DNA of 63,968 nt, filler included, from Pirum gemmata (taxonomy: Eukaryota), in assembly GCA_002812295.1 (NCBI GenBank). It is 25 parts of 25 records of this genome, joined end to end, with 100 filler letters (N's around TTAATTAATTAA, not from the genome) between each part and the next. Parts side by side here need not be neighbours in the genome. Positions count along the whole stretch, not along the records: positions 48,659 to 50,900 come from PDIN01007601.1; positions 51,001 to 54,896 come from PDIN01007602.1; positions 54,997 to 57,218 come from PDIN01007603.1; positions 57,319 to 59,559 come from PDIN01007604.1; positions 59,660 to 61,900 come from PDIN01007605.1; 20 more parts are not named here. One strand, written 5' to 3'. Below, one piece after another: positions 48,659 through 60,311 of this stretch. Position 1 is the stretch's first letter; the number at the start of each line of letters is the position of its first letter. The notes below the pieces were generated by a model. The model saw only the letters and a list, made by a program, of their open reading frames with translations, made no database searches and was not told where the DNA came from. The translations under genes were made by a program, and so were the position numbers.

Positions 48659-50900
48659 AGGGTTAAGGTTAGGGATTTAATTTGACAGTTTGGCTTCCGT
48701 TTGAAGAGGGGACATTATTTTCAATATCAAAGCAAATTTTATAAATACAACTTTCACTTCAATAATTAAATACGGTATGGCGTCATTTACTAGTCTCGTG
48801 AAATTCAATACAAAAATTAAGTATTGAAGAGGGAACATTATTTTCAATAGCAAAGCAAATTTTATAAATACAACTTTCACTCCAATAATTAAATACGGTA
48901 TGACTTCATTTCCCAGTCTCTTAAAATGCAACACAAAAATCAATATTGAAGAGGAGAAATTTATTCCAATATCAAAGCAACTAAATATTTATACAACTTT
49001 CACTCCAATAAACAATATAACGTCATTTCATATTCTCATAAAATGGAATATGAAAATTAAATATCGAAGAGTGAACATTATTTTTTAACATCAAAACCAG
49101 ATTTAACACGTAATTAATTAATTGCTACGTCTATCGATAACCATAATAAAGCAGCAAAAGTAATCGGGAGATGCGGGGAAAACCATCGAACCGAGAATAG
49201 TTCGAAACTTTCGAAATTTTTCTATCTAATTTTAAGTATTGACTTACTTTTGATTTCATTAAGAAATTCTTGGGAATTCTTAAAAATTCTTAGAATTTTC
49301 ATAGAAAAAACTAGAAACTCGGAAAAAAAAAGAATAACATTTTAAAATTGTCACTATTTAATAATTAGTATCGAGCTGTTTGGTTCGATTATGTTTTCCT
49401 GTATCTCCCCGTAAATTTTTATATGCTATATTTGTAAATTTACTATTATTATCTACTATATTTGAAAATTTTCAAATTTAATTTTGCGTATTGAAGAGGA
49501 GAGATGCGAGAAAACCATCGAATCGAGACTAGTTCGAAATTTTCGAAATTTTTCGATCTAATTTTAAGTATCGACGTACTTTTGATTTCATTAAAAAATT
49601 CTTAAAAACTATTTTTATAGAAATTTCATAAAAAAAACTTGAAACTCGAAAAAAAAAGAATATGATTTGAAAATTGTCACAATTTAATAATTAGGATGGA
49701 GCTGTTTGATTCGACTATGTTTCCTATATCTCCAGGGGACATTATTTTCAATATCCCAGCAACTTTTATAAATGGAATTTTCACTCCAATAATTAAATAC
49801 GAGGAGATGCGGGAAAAACCATCGAATCAAGCTAGTTCGAAATTTCGAAATTTTTCGATCTAACTTTAAGTATTGACTCACTTTTTGATTTCATCGAGAT
49901 TAGTTCGAAATTTTCGAAATTTTCGATCTAATTTTTAAAGTATTGACTCGCTTTTTGATTTCATTGAAAAATTCTTAAATTTTTTTAGAAATTTTACAAA
50001 AAAAACTTGAAACTCGAAAAGGGTTAGGGTTAGGGTATCATCTCAAAATTGTCACTAAAATTCTTAGAAATTTCATAGAAAAAACTTGAAACTCGAAAAA
50101 AAAAGAATGTTATTTCAAAATTGTCACTATTTAATAATTAGGATCGAGCTGTTTGGTTCAATCATGTTTTCCCATATGTTTTCCCATATCTCTCCGTAAA
50201 TTTTTATATTCTACATTTGTAAATTTACAATTCTTTTCTACTATATTTGGGAATTTTCAAATTTAATTTTGCGAATTAAAGCCATGCAATCTACAAATTC
50301 ATGTGTGTGTTTTTCTATAGCACTAAATAACACAGGTGGAAGAAGTTTTACAAAACTAATAGCCAACGAGATGATTGGTTTAGCTTCAATGTTGTTTATA
50401 TTGGTTAAAAACTGTGATAATTTATCCCTAATAATAGTAAAATAATAATAACAATAAGAGATTAAATTATTATTATTATTATTATTATTATTAATATAAT
50501 CAAAATCCTCTTAAGTTACATTCATCCCTTGTTATTTGTTCAAATAATCTCTATTGCTTTCATTGGTGTATTATTGGGAAAGGGGGTAAAGATCACTTAT
50601 AATTAGATTAGGCCTCCTCACTTTACGGCATCTTCATTTAAGTTAATATTGGATTTTTATTTTTATTTTAGTCTTATTTGATATGGTATACATTAGGAAG
50701 TTTGCAATACAGTCTTTCCCTTCAAAAAAGGTAGGGTTAGGGTTAGGGTTAGGGTTAGGGGTTAGGGTAAGGGTTAGGGTTAGGGTTAGGGTTAAGGTTA
50801 GGGATTTAATTTGACAGTTTGGCTTCCGTTTGAAGAGGGGACATTATTTTCAATATCAAAGCAAATTTTATAAATACAACTTTCACTTCAATAATTAAAT
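48659..50900. repeat. Contig with 113-nt identical ends: 2,129-bp circular or tandem unit
   Basis: 48659-48771 is identical to 50788-50900; contains ~120-bp repeats, family D MITEs and a TTAGGG array. Confidence 0.85.
49165..50196 (+). mobile_element. Cluster of three family D MITEs (49165-49411, ~49498-49733, 49800-50196 with internal duplications)
   Basis: CG(G/A)GGAGATGCGGGAAAA..CATCGAATC / TTCGATTATGTTTTCC.GTATCTCCCCG|TA ends. Confidence 0.8.
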
Positions 50901-51099
50901 NNNNNNNNNNNNNNNNNNNNNNNNNNNNNNNNNNNNNNNNNNNNTTAATTAATTAANNNNNNNNNNNNNNNNNNNNNNNNNNNNNNNNNNNNNNNNNNNN
51001 AGGTTCCAACCCCAACCCCAACCCCAACCCCAACCCCAACCCTCCTAACCCTTCTAACCCTAACCCTTATCCTAAACCTAAACCTAACACGAACCCTAA

Positions 51100-51985
51100 T
51101 CCGAATCCTAGTATTTCATCAAAACGTGAGATTTTTTTGCTACCGTATTATGTATGATACGAAAAACAAATTTTTTATTATTACATACCCTATGGATACA
51201 ATTTGTAGATAATTTTGTATATTCAAATCCTAACCCAATTATTATATAGAAACGCAGCAATTTTTTCACTGAGGAAAAAGAAAAATAAATCAATAAAAGC
51301 TACCAGATTATTATTACATCTATGCATACAATTTAAAAGTAATTTTGTATATCCTAACCCGAGCCTAATTATAAGTGTTTTGGCAAAACGTGCGAATTTC
51401 TTTGCTATCATACGTATAAAAAAAGAAAGAACTAAAAATCAATAAAAGCTATGAGATTATTATTATTACATACCTATAGGTATAATTTGTAGATAATTTT
51501 GTATATCTAAATCCTAGCATAAGTATTATATTCAAATGTGGTAATTTTTTTTACCATAGAAAAAGAAAAAAAAACAATAAAAGCTACCGGATTATTATTA
51601 TTACATCTATGGATACAATTTAAAAGTAATGTTATATACATTAATCGGAACCCTAGTATTTTATCAAAATGTGAGAATTTTTTTGCTACCATATGTATTA
51701 ATAATAAAAAATAAAAAATAAAAGAATAAAAGTTACCAGGTTTTTATTATTACATACCCTTTGGATACAATTTGTAGATAATTTTGTTTATCCAAATCCT
51801 AACCCAAGTTTTATATCGAAACGTGGCAACTTTTTTACCATAGAAAAAGAAGAAAAAAAATCAATAAAAGCTACCAGATTATTATTATTACATCTATGCA
51901 TACAATTTAAAAGTAATTTTGTATATCCCAACCCGAACCTAATTATAAGTATTATGTCAAAACGTGCGAATTTCTTTACTATCAT
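51100..51985. repeat. Degenerate satellite, alternating ~140-bp subunits (~285-bp higher-order period)
   Basis: TTATTACATACCCTATGGATACAATTTGTAGATAATTTTG alternates with TTATTACATCTATGCATACAATTTAAAAGTAAT, three times each. Confidence 0.85.
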
Positions 51986-52049
51986 ATATGAAAAACGAAA
52001 AAAAAAAAAACGTCATATTCACATTTTTTCTTTACTACAACATAAACCA

Positions 52050-52695
52050 AAAAGGCTAATAGGATGAAGCCACTATAATATATAATCATATTACCTATTT
52101 TGAAATCAAGTTGAGTGATGAATACGTCACTACTCCGTTCGCACCTTCTAAAGATTTCCAAATATAGTATTATAATTAATACTAATAATAAAAATCCTAT
52201 TTTACTCAATCTTAAGTAAGAGGCTAATAGGATGGTGCCATATATATAATATTACCATATTTGAAATAAAGTTAAATGATGAATACGTCACTACTCCTTT
52301 CACACTTTAAATATTTCCAAATATAGTATTATAATTAATACTAATAATAATAAAAATCCTATTTTGCTCAACCTCAAGAGGATAATGGGGGAGGGTCACT
52401 ATAATATATATATATATATATATGTAATTTGAAATAAAGTTGAGTGATGCATACGTCAAATATAGTATTGTAATTAATACCAATAATAATAAAAATCCTA
52501 TTTTACCGAACCTAAAGTAAGAAGCTAATAGGATGACGTCACTAGAATATATATATATATATATATAATTATATTATCATATTTGAAATCAAGTTGATGC
52601 ATACGTCACTACTCTGTTCACACCTTCTAAATATTTCCAAATATAGTATTATAATTAATAATTAATAATAATAAAAATCCTATTTTACTCAGCCT
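52050..52695. repeat. Tandem repeat, ~4 units of ~140-175 bp
   Basis: GCTAATAGGATG..TTTGAAAT.AAGTT..ATACGTCACTACTC..CAAATATAGTATT..AAAAATCCTATTTT. Confidence 0.85.
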
Positions 52696-53239
52696 ACCTC
52701 TGATGTAGAATATATATATTACAATGACGTCATTCTATTAGCTCTTTTTTTAAGAATACAATTTTAAATCACCGAAATCACCAATCACTGATTAGCAATT
52801 AGTACAACAAACGTACAATGATCATAATTATTAAACAACAACTCGACACAACAAACTCACAACAGCAACGCTTTTATAATTAAATAATTTATTATCTATA
52901 CCCAGAGTTCGTTTTAATTTTTTTAAAATTTTCTATTAAAAATATTAATAATATATCAAACAATTTTTCGTTACTATTTGTTTACTCTATCATTATTATG
53001 ACCCTCATAGTTTGATATACTTTCCCATATCACCAAATCAACATTCTAAAATTTATTAATACAATTTTTTATACATACATTCAAAAAAAGACGTTAATAT
53101 GATCTTAATATACTCATTAGCTTTTTTAAGTACATGTATATGCAACTATTTTCAAGCATTATATATATATATATTAAGGTTTACACTTATTATTATTATT
53201 GTTATCATATTTATATTCATATATTATATATAGATATAN

Positions 53240-53813
53240 AAGTCAACCACAACCACAACCACAACCACAACCACAACCACAACCACAACCACAACCACAA
53301 CCACAACCACAACCACAATTACAACCACAGTACCAACAACCTAATATGTATCAGCAACCACCACAACCACCACAGCCACAACAACCTCACAATATTATGG
53401 GGGTATTAAATATACCAAACAGACCTGCTTCCAGTAAACCACAAAGACCAATGGATCCCAACGCACCCAACTTACCACCTAAACCGTCTGAGCAGAATAA
53501 GAATCTTTCTGGTCATCGTGCAGTGCCTGCTGTCCCCACAGCACCACAACCACAACCACAACCACAGCCACAGCCACAGCAACCATATTCATTTAATATG
53601 CAACAACAACCTCAACAGTATTACCAACAAAATATGTATGGACAAATACATATGCAGCAACCACCACCACAACCGCAAATTCATATGATGCAACAACATA
53701 ATATAATACAACAGCAACATCATCAAATACCACAGCAACAACAACAAATGCAACCACAACAGCAAGTGCAACATCAACAACCACCACCACCTGGTACTCC
53801 TTACAGATACTAA
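53240..53813 (+). CDS. C-terminal part of a Gln/Pro-rich protein
   Basis: Open frame from the n join to the stop; non-repetitive core PNRPASSKPQRPMDPNAPNLPPKPSEQ..AVPAVP with PxxP motifs. Confidence 0.6.
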
Positions 53814-54135
53814 TAGTAATATGGTTGTAAAAATCAATTGGGGTTTTAATACTTTTTGGTTCATATTTTATTTCGCTGATACAAATGATATATATATATT
53901 AAAAACTTAACTAAGAAATTTATGGCAAAAATCAATTAAAAAAAGCCACATATCATATACAGTAGCATATATAATAAGGCGGAGCTCTTACTCGAATCAT
54001 TGTATACGCGAATCAAACGAATAGGCTTCCGTACATTTTTCGGGCTTGCCGCAGTTTTTCGTTTTTTGCATTTTTTCAAGCAAAACGCTCGAGAAATAAT
54101 TGGAGATTCGAAATATTAATAATTTTAAAGCCTCT

Positions 54136-54566
54136 GGCATTGGGACTAAAGTATAGGTCTAGCACAAATGACCTCGTAATAATTTATTTATACTATAGGT
54201 AGAGGAAATGAGAAGCCCCCCTCTTCCATACTAAAGCATAGGGCTAGCTAGCACGGAGGGGGTTTAGGTATCATCTATTTCATTACAGTTGTTCTCTCAT
54301 TCTTTAATTTGGTACTGTTTAAGTGTACAATTGAACTTGTTTATAAAATACAACATTAAATATAAAATACCAAATTAATTAAAACATGTCTGATAGTTTA
54401 ACCATAATAATAATTTAGTACGTTTATTTCAGTTTTTGAGTTGGACAACAAACACTATTGAAAAACATGATAGGGAAAAAAATAAAATGAGGTTAGCAAA
54501 AAATAAAAATAAAAATATATTATTGTGACGTCATCCGTGTTGGCCTTATACTTTAGTCCCTATGCC
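54136..54566. mobile_element. TIR element (family H) hosting a nested family B MITE
   Basis: ~40-bp TIRs GGCAT(T/A)GGGACTAAAGTATA.GG....CAC..ATGAC.TC at both ends. Confidence 0.7.
54271..54470 (+). mobile_element. MITE family B, complete 200-bp copy with TA flanks
   Basis: TA|TCATCTATTTCATTACAGTTGT ... GGACAAC..ACTATTGAAAAACATGA|TA. Confidence 0.85.
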
Positions 54567-55250
54567 TCCGGTAAGCAAATAAGTTTGAAAATGTTCAAAA
54601 ATGGTAACAAACGTTCGATATTATATATATATATCATGAAGGTGTATTGTTCAAAAAACTCAGAATTTCGAACATGAAACTATCGTGGGTGCCTACAAAT
54701 GAACATGTATATTTACGTGAATGTATCTTAAAAAGCATATGATACCAATGCGATTGTAACCTTTATTAAAATAAAACTTATGAAAAAAATACAAGTCCTA
54801 ACAATGAAAATGAAAAAAAAAGACCTGACCCTAACCCTAATCCTCTAACGCTAACCCCCCCCTAACCTTAACCCTAACCCTAACCCTAACCCTAATNNNN
54901 NNNNNNNNNNNNNNNNNNNNNNNNNNNNNNNNNNNNNNNNTTAATTAATTAANNNNNNNNNNNNNNNNNNNNNNNNNNNNNNNNNNNNNNNNNNNNAATA
55001 GCTACTATTAATAGAAGCTTCTAAAAATAGTAGCTACTATTTTTAGCTATATAAATATGATTTATGGTAACTGCGAAGTGGCGAATAGCCATTTATTTAA
55101 AAGTATCGATTTAAATATTATAAACAACCAAATAAATATTCAGAGTGACCAAATAAATGAAAAGCACAAATATTATTTTCAATTTTAATTAGGTATCATA
55201 TCTTTTATTATAATATATAAATATATTTATTGTCTTTTTTTTTTTTTTTT

Positions 55251-55289
<39 letters not shown>

Positions 55290-55462
55290 TATTGCCCTTT
55301 CCTTAATTAATGACTCTTAATAGTATGTTGACAAACTTGCTTCAACGGAACAAAATGTGGGACGTAAAACATTACCACATTACAATAACAATATATTATA
55401 ATATTATAATAAACAACCTAATATTGTTTTTTTTCTTTGGTAGCATTTAGTTAGAAGTTTTA

Positions 55463-57013
55463 TTAATTGATAGCTAACTTTTGTTTATTACCATTAGCAA
55501 TATAAGCTTGTGTCTCTTTACTGGCGACTTCAGCTGCTTCAACGGGGCAAACAGCGGGTCCTAACTCCAAACCACACTGCTTTCCATAAATTGTTTGAGG
55601 ACATAATAAAGGAACGATTGCCAACGTAATCAAAGCAGACACTGGTGAACCACAAGCAAGATTCCAAATAAAATTCAACATAACTGTAGCAAAACCACTT
55701 TTTACGGTTAAATTAATTAAAGCGATACGTAATACAGTTGGAAATACGTTTGCTAATTTATGAATATTATTAATGAGTGAGGGTAAAAGAAAGCCAAATT
55801 TAGTTTCCATGGTTATAATTCTAGTTTCTTCGTAGAATAGAAGACAATAGGATTGTTTAGCTAATGTAGTTAAAGCTCCCCCGACCCCAGGTAAGGATTT
55901 AGCGGCAAGATCAAGTAATAAACCAGCCCCCAATGACGTATAATAAATAATACTACACATTTGAGTTTTGAGAAAATTAACAGAGGAGTCAACAAGTTTT
56001 TTAACTGCGCCCATGATAGTTTTGAAAGTATACATCATATCTTTGGCATGATGTAATACTACAAGGGCTTGATAAGTTTGTTGGTTATTTTTCATTCTAT
56101 TAATACTTTTTCGTAATTCAATGGTATCCCCTTGTATTACACGAGCTTGGTCTTGTAGTTTTAAAACTAAGTTCTGAACCTTGCTTTTATGCTGAGCATA
56201 TTCAACACTATCATAATCAGTTCTGTTTTGTGATCGGAATCGGCTATTTTCTAGGTCAATTAATTGTTTGGTTTTGGTCAAATCTTGAGAATGTACTTCA
56301 ATGTTTTGTTCTGCATCTTGTAGTTTTTGTTTTCCTTCTTCAACTAACTTGGCCATCACACTAGTGTCTAGTAGTGATTCCTTTCCCATAAAATCGCGCT
56401 GGACTTGACCATACTGTGTTCCAAACACAAAATCAATTCGACGTAAAACACTAAAAGAATTTTCTTCATTACATAAAAAATCATTTTTTTGTACTCCCGA
56501 ATTATCCGCAACAACTTGTGCAGAGAAAATTTGATTATTTCTACGTAACCGTTCCGAACAGGTAACTTGGCTCAATCCAACGGCAAAACAAAAAGTATCA
56601 TCCGTATCTCCTAAGGGTTTGCAGCTGAGATGATTAACAGTTTTATGCTTTTGCGAATAACAAGTAGTGTACATTTCTATTTCAGCAATATCGTAATTAT
56701 CGACGGTTTTCAATCGGTATTTGACGGTCATCTCAAGGCCTTCATCATCGGCCAAAAAAAATAACTTCTTACGGTGTGTAACGCTATACTGACTCTTTTC
56801 ACCGAAGGGAATATCTTGCACTTGTTTATCCCAACCAGCACCATTAGTATTATGATCAACTTTAACCATACTTAGTTTACCATAATGAGGATGGTTTATG
56901 TTATTAGTCAATTCTTGATCGCATGTTGCTTGTACTTTATAACTTAATTGACTAAAAGTTATAAGACATATTAATAATAAATTATTAGTAATAAAATGAT
57001 TAAAAATTTTCAT
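55463..57013 (-). CDS. Intronless secreted 516-aa protein: Cys-containing N-domain, coiled coil, hydrophobic C-terminal helices; unknown function
   Basis: Signal peptide ending VQA; heptad-like KLVEEGKQKLQDAEQNIE..KVQNLVLKLQDQ; hydrophobic segments SLGAGLLLDLAA and VSALITLAIVPLL. Confidence 0.8.
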   Translation of the reverse strand: MKIFNHFITNNLLLICLITFSQLSYKVQATCDQELTNNINHPHYGKLSMVKVDHNTNGAGWDKQVQDIPFGEKSQYSVTHRKKLFFLADDEGLEMTVKYRLKTVDNYDIAEIEMYTTCYSQKHKTVNHLSCKPLGDTDDTFCFAVGLSQVTCSERLRRNNQIFSAQVVADNSGVQKNDFLCNEENSFSVLRRIDFVFGTQYGQVQRDFMGKESLLDTSVMAKLVEEGKQKLQDAEQNIEVHSQDLTKTKQLIDLENSRFRSQNRTDYDSVEYAQHKSKVQNLVLKLQDQARVIQGDTIELRKSINRMKNNQQTYQALVVLHHAKDMMYTFKTIMGAVKKLVDSSVNFLKTQMCSIIYYTSLGAGLLLDLAAKSLPGVGGALTTLAKQSYCLLFYEETRIITMETKFGFLLPSLINNIHKLANVFPTVLRIALINLTVKSGFATVMLNFIWNLACGSPVSALITLAIVPLLCPQTIYGKQCGLELGPAVCPVEAAEVASKETQAYIANGNKQKLAIN

Positions 57014-58189
57014 GGTTTTTTAAAAAATATTTTCTTTATGAAAATTATCAATATTGGTGAATATTAATATTATTAGTAATAATAATTAATTAATAATAAA
57101 TTAATAATAAATTTTAATAATAATTAATAATAATAATAATTAATAATATATTAATATTTTAATAATTAATGATAATTAATAATAATAATAATTAATAATA
57201 ATAATAATTAATAAAAATNNNNNNNNNNNNNNNNNNNNNNNNNNNNNNNNNNNNNNNNNNNNTTAATTAATTAANNNNNNNNNNNNNNNNNNNNNNNNNN
57301 NNNNNNNNNNNNNNNNNNAGTTTTCGCACATCGTTCTCAGTTAAGTACCTCCCTCCGATGTTATATATATCGATGCTATATATATCGATGCTATTTTTTT
57401 TTTTACACATCACTATTTTTTATCACCTTTAATTTTGATCAAAATTTTTGCGCCAAAACGAAAGGAAAAATTTACTCGAAACCACTTCACAACACTTTCA
57501 CAACCATTGAAGGACTTCAAAAAAAAAGACTGAAGTCCTTCAACTTTTTTTGAAGTCCTTGAAAATTCTCACGAGTTTTTTCAAGCAAAAAAAAAATTGA
57601 CGCCCCAGAAATAAGCAACAAATTTTCCAAAAACGGGGTGGGCGACTGGTGGGCGTCCTCCTCATTTTTTTTGTGGTGTGCTCGCGAGAATTTTGGGGTG
57701 TTTGCGCTAAGGTGTTTGCGACTCTTTGCGAGGGGTGTTTGTTATTATGAGAAAAAAAAAATCTCCTAACGGGAAAAAAAGTTTCCAAAAACCAAGGAAG
57801 GAGTTCAAGAAAAAAAAAAAAAACTTTCTTGAACTCCTTGCAAAAACCCACCCTATCATATTAGTATTTTTCACATTTAATAGTTTGTTCCTTTTTTAAT
57901 TAATTAAAACAACTATTTTAAAATAATTATTATAAAATTTTTAATTAAATATAATATTATATATTATATAAATATTATTTATTATCGAATCGGGGAAACG
58001 TGTTCCTAGCCCTAGCTCTAGGAGGCTACTAGCAGTAGCTAGGACATGGTCCGTCGCATGGTCACATGACTAGATACTTATTATTTTATATTATATTCCA
58101 AGGTCTTCAAAAAAAAAACTTGGAAGTCCTTGTATATTCTTATAATATAAATAGTTTATTCTTTTTAGAAAGATTTAAAAAGACTCGGT

Positions 58190-58365
58190 CAATGTTGTCC
58201 TCTCAATCTTTAATTTGGCACTTTTAAGTGTATGATTGAACTTGTTTATAAATTAATACAACATTAAATATTAATTAATATAAAATATGATACCTAATTA
58301 ATTAAAACATATCTGATAGTTTAACCATAATAATAATTTGCATACGTTTATTTCAGTTTTTGATC
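58190..58365 (+). mobile_element. MITE family B copy carrying a TA to TATGATA expansion
   Basis: Aligns to 54289-54440. Confidence 0.75.
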
Positions 58366-59801
58366 TGATTATATATATGAATCTATGATAGCTAGCTAGT
58401 TTACAAGAAAGCTCATCACCCTATATATTATCGATAGCTCTCTATCATACTTGTTATCGATATCTCTATTACTGCCAGCTAGATAGCTGTAGGATCTTTG
58501 TAGTAATAAATTAATTGTAGTAATAAATTAATAATAGGGGTGTTCGATTTGTACTTTGTAGAATACTACTTCTTGAGCTACTACTAACTAGTAGCTAGAC
58601 AGACCTTCACTCCTTCACCTATCGTGTATCGTGCTTTTCAGTGCTTTTCAGTTAATTAAAAGCACAATACTACCTGACAATACTACTCTACTACTAGTCT
58701 AGATAGTCTAGCTATATAAAAGGTTCGAAAAAAAATTCCAAAAAAAAAAACTTTGCCCAATAAAATTCTGAATAAAATTTAAAGATGTCTACTCTCTAAG
58801 GTCTCTACCCCACCCCCCACCTGCCCAAGCTCCATCTCCCCCTCTAAAGGGCCTCTATCAGCCTCTATCCCTCCTTATCAATACCTTATTTAGTCTATAT
58901 CGTGCCTTTCAAAAGCACTATAGTCTATAGAATAAATAGATATCGAGAATCGAGATAATACGAAATAGATAAATAGACTAGGAAATTTTTTTCATTTTTT
59001 TTTTCTTGAAAATTAATCCTGAAATGTCTGATATCCATCAGTCATTGAGGGCTGCTAAAGGCCAGTACAGGATACCACCTAAAGGATACCACTAGAGCTA
59101 GGTCCACTACTGCTGTCCACTATCTGTAGTATCAATAGCTAGCTACAGTCCACCAGTTAGGGTTAGAGTTAGGGTATATCTATATTAAAAAATAAATAAA
59201 TATTATTATAAATAAATATCATGATATATATATTCCCAATACTTCCCCAAGCCTACTAGTAGTCCACGACTATGAGTTATAAATAAATATCATACAGAAA
59301 AGTTGAATTGGCAAGGGAAAGTTAGTTGATTGTAGCTGGACAAGATAGAAAAGGTACCAGAAATTGAACAGACATCCACAAACTAGCTATTTATCTATCT
59401 ATCTATCTATCTATCTATATCGTTATGCTGTATTATATATATTTATAATAAAGCATTATGATGTATTATATATATTGACCAATTATTATGTATATATATA
59501 TATATGACACCTCATTATGATGTATTATATATATTGACCAATTATTAATATATATGTATNNNNNNNNNNNNNNNNNNNNNNNNNNNNNNNNNNNNNNNNN
59601 NNNTTAATTAATTAANNNNNNNNNNNNNNNNNNNNNNNNNNNNNNNNNNNNNNNNNNNNTTATTATTATTATTATTATTACTATTATTGTGGTCTATTGT
59701 TAAACTACCACACGTGGTGTCATAGTTAAGGGATCGAAGATTCGAAATAGATGATACTCTACGTGGTATTATAGTTCTCATTATTTATATAGAATAGACT
59801 A

Positions 59802-59964
59802 GTGTGCTTTTCGGTTGTTAATAGTACCAAATTAAAACAATATAAACCATGTAATTTAATTTGGTGTCTTTTATTATCTATTTATTTATTTAAAAATATC
59901 TATTTAAATATTATAACCCTCCAAATAATTATTCAGAATGACAAAATAAATGAAAAGCACGATA
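59802..59964 (-). mobile_element. MITE family A copy, internally deleted
   Basis: GTGCTTTTCGGTTGT ... GACAAAATAAATGAAAAGCACGA|TA. Confidence 0.8.
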
Positions 59965-60160
59965 TTTTAAATTACAAGGGATACTCGAGTTTCGAGAGTA
60001 TATTTTTTTATTATGATAAAAGCAAGACTTTATCTAGCTAGTAGGCATCTTGACCTAACCTCTAGTAGTAGAGTCTAGCTAGAGAGTACTTCTAGTAGAG
60101 TAGACAATCCTGTTCGCTAATATTTAATTCATGCTTTTCAAAATCATGTGAAGAAGTATA

Positions 60161-60311
60161 GTGCTTTTCAGTTTGTTTTGTCATCAAAAAAATAAACAAT
60201 AAATAGTACCAAATTAATACAACATAAATCCATTTAATTTAATTTGGTGTCTTTTAATATTATAACCCTCCAAATAAATATTCAGAGTGACAAAATAAAT
60301 GAAAAGCACGA
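60161..60311 (-). mobile_element. MITE family A copy, TA-flanked
   Basis: TA|GTGCTTTTCAGTTTGTTTTGTCA ... TGACAAAATAAATGAAAAGCACGA|TA. Confidence 0.85.

Noticed and set aside
50240..50428. Minus-strand exon-like stretch DKLSQFLTNINNIEAKPIISLAISFVKLLPP..
   Set aside because: The candidate upstream exon has stops in all frames checked and no family is recognised; mentioned only as a possible fragment.
52525..52735. Recurrent TGACGTCA (CRE-like) palindromes, also at ~119, 18298, 41542 and 54526
   Set aside because: They lie within repeats; no evidence of a regulatory role.
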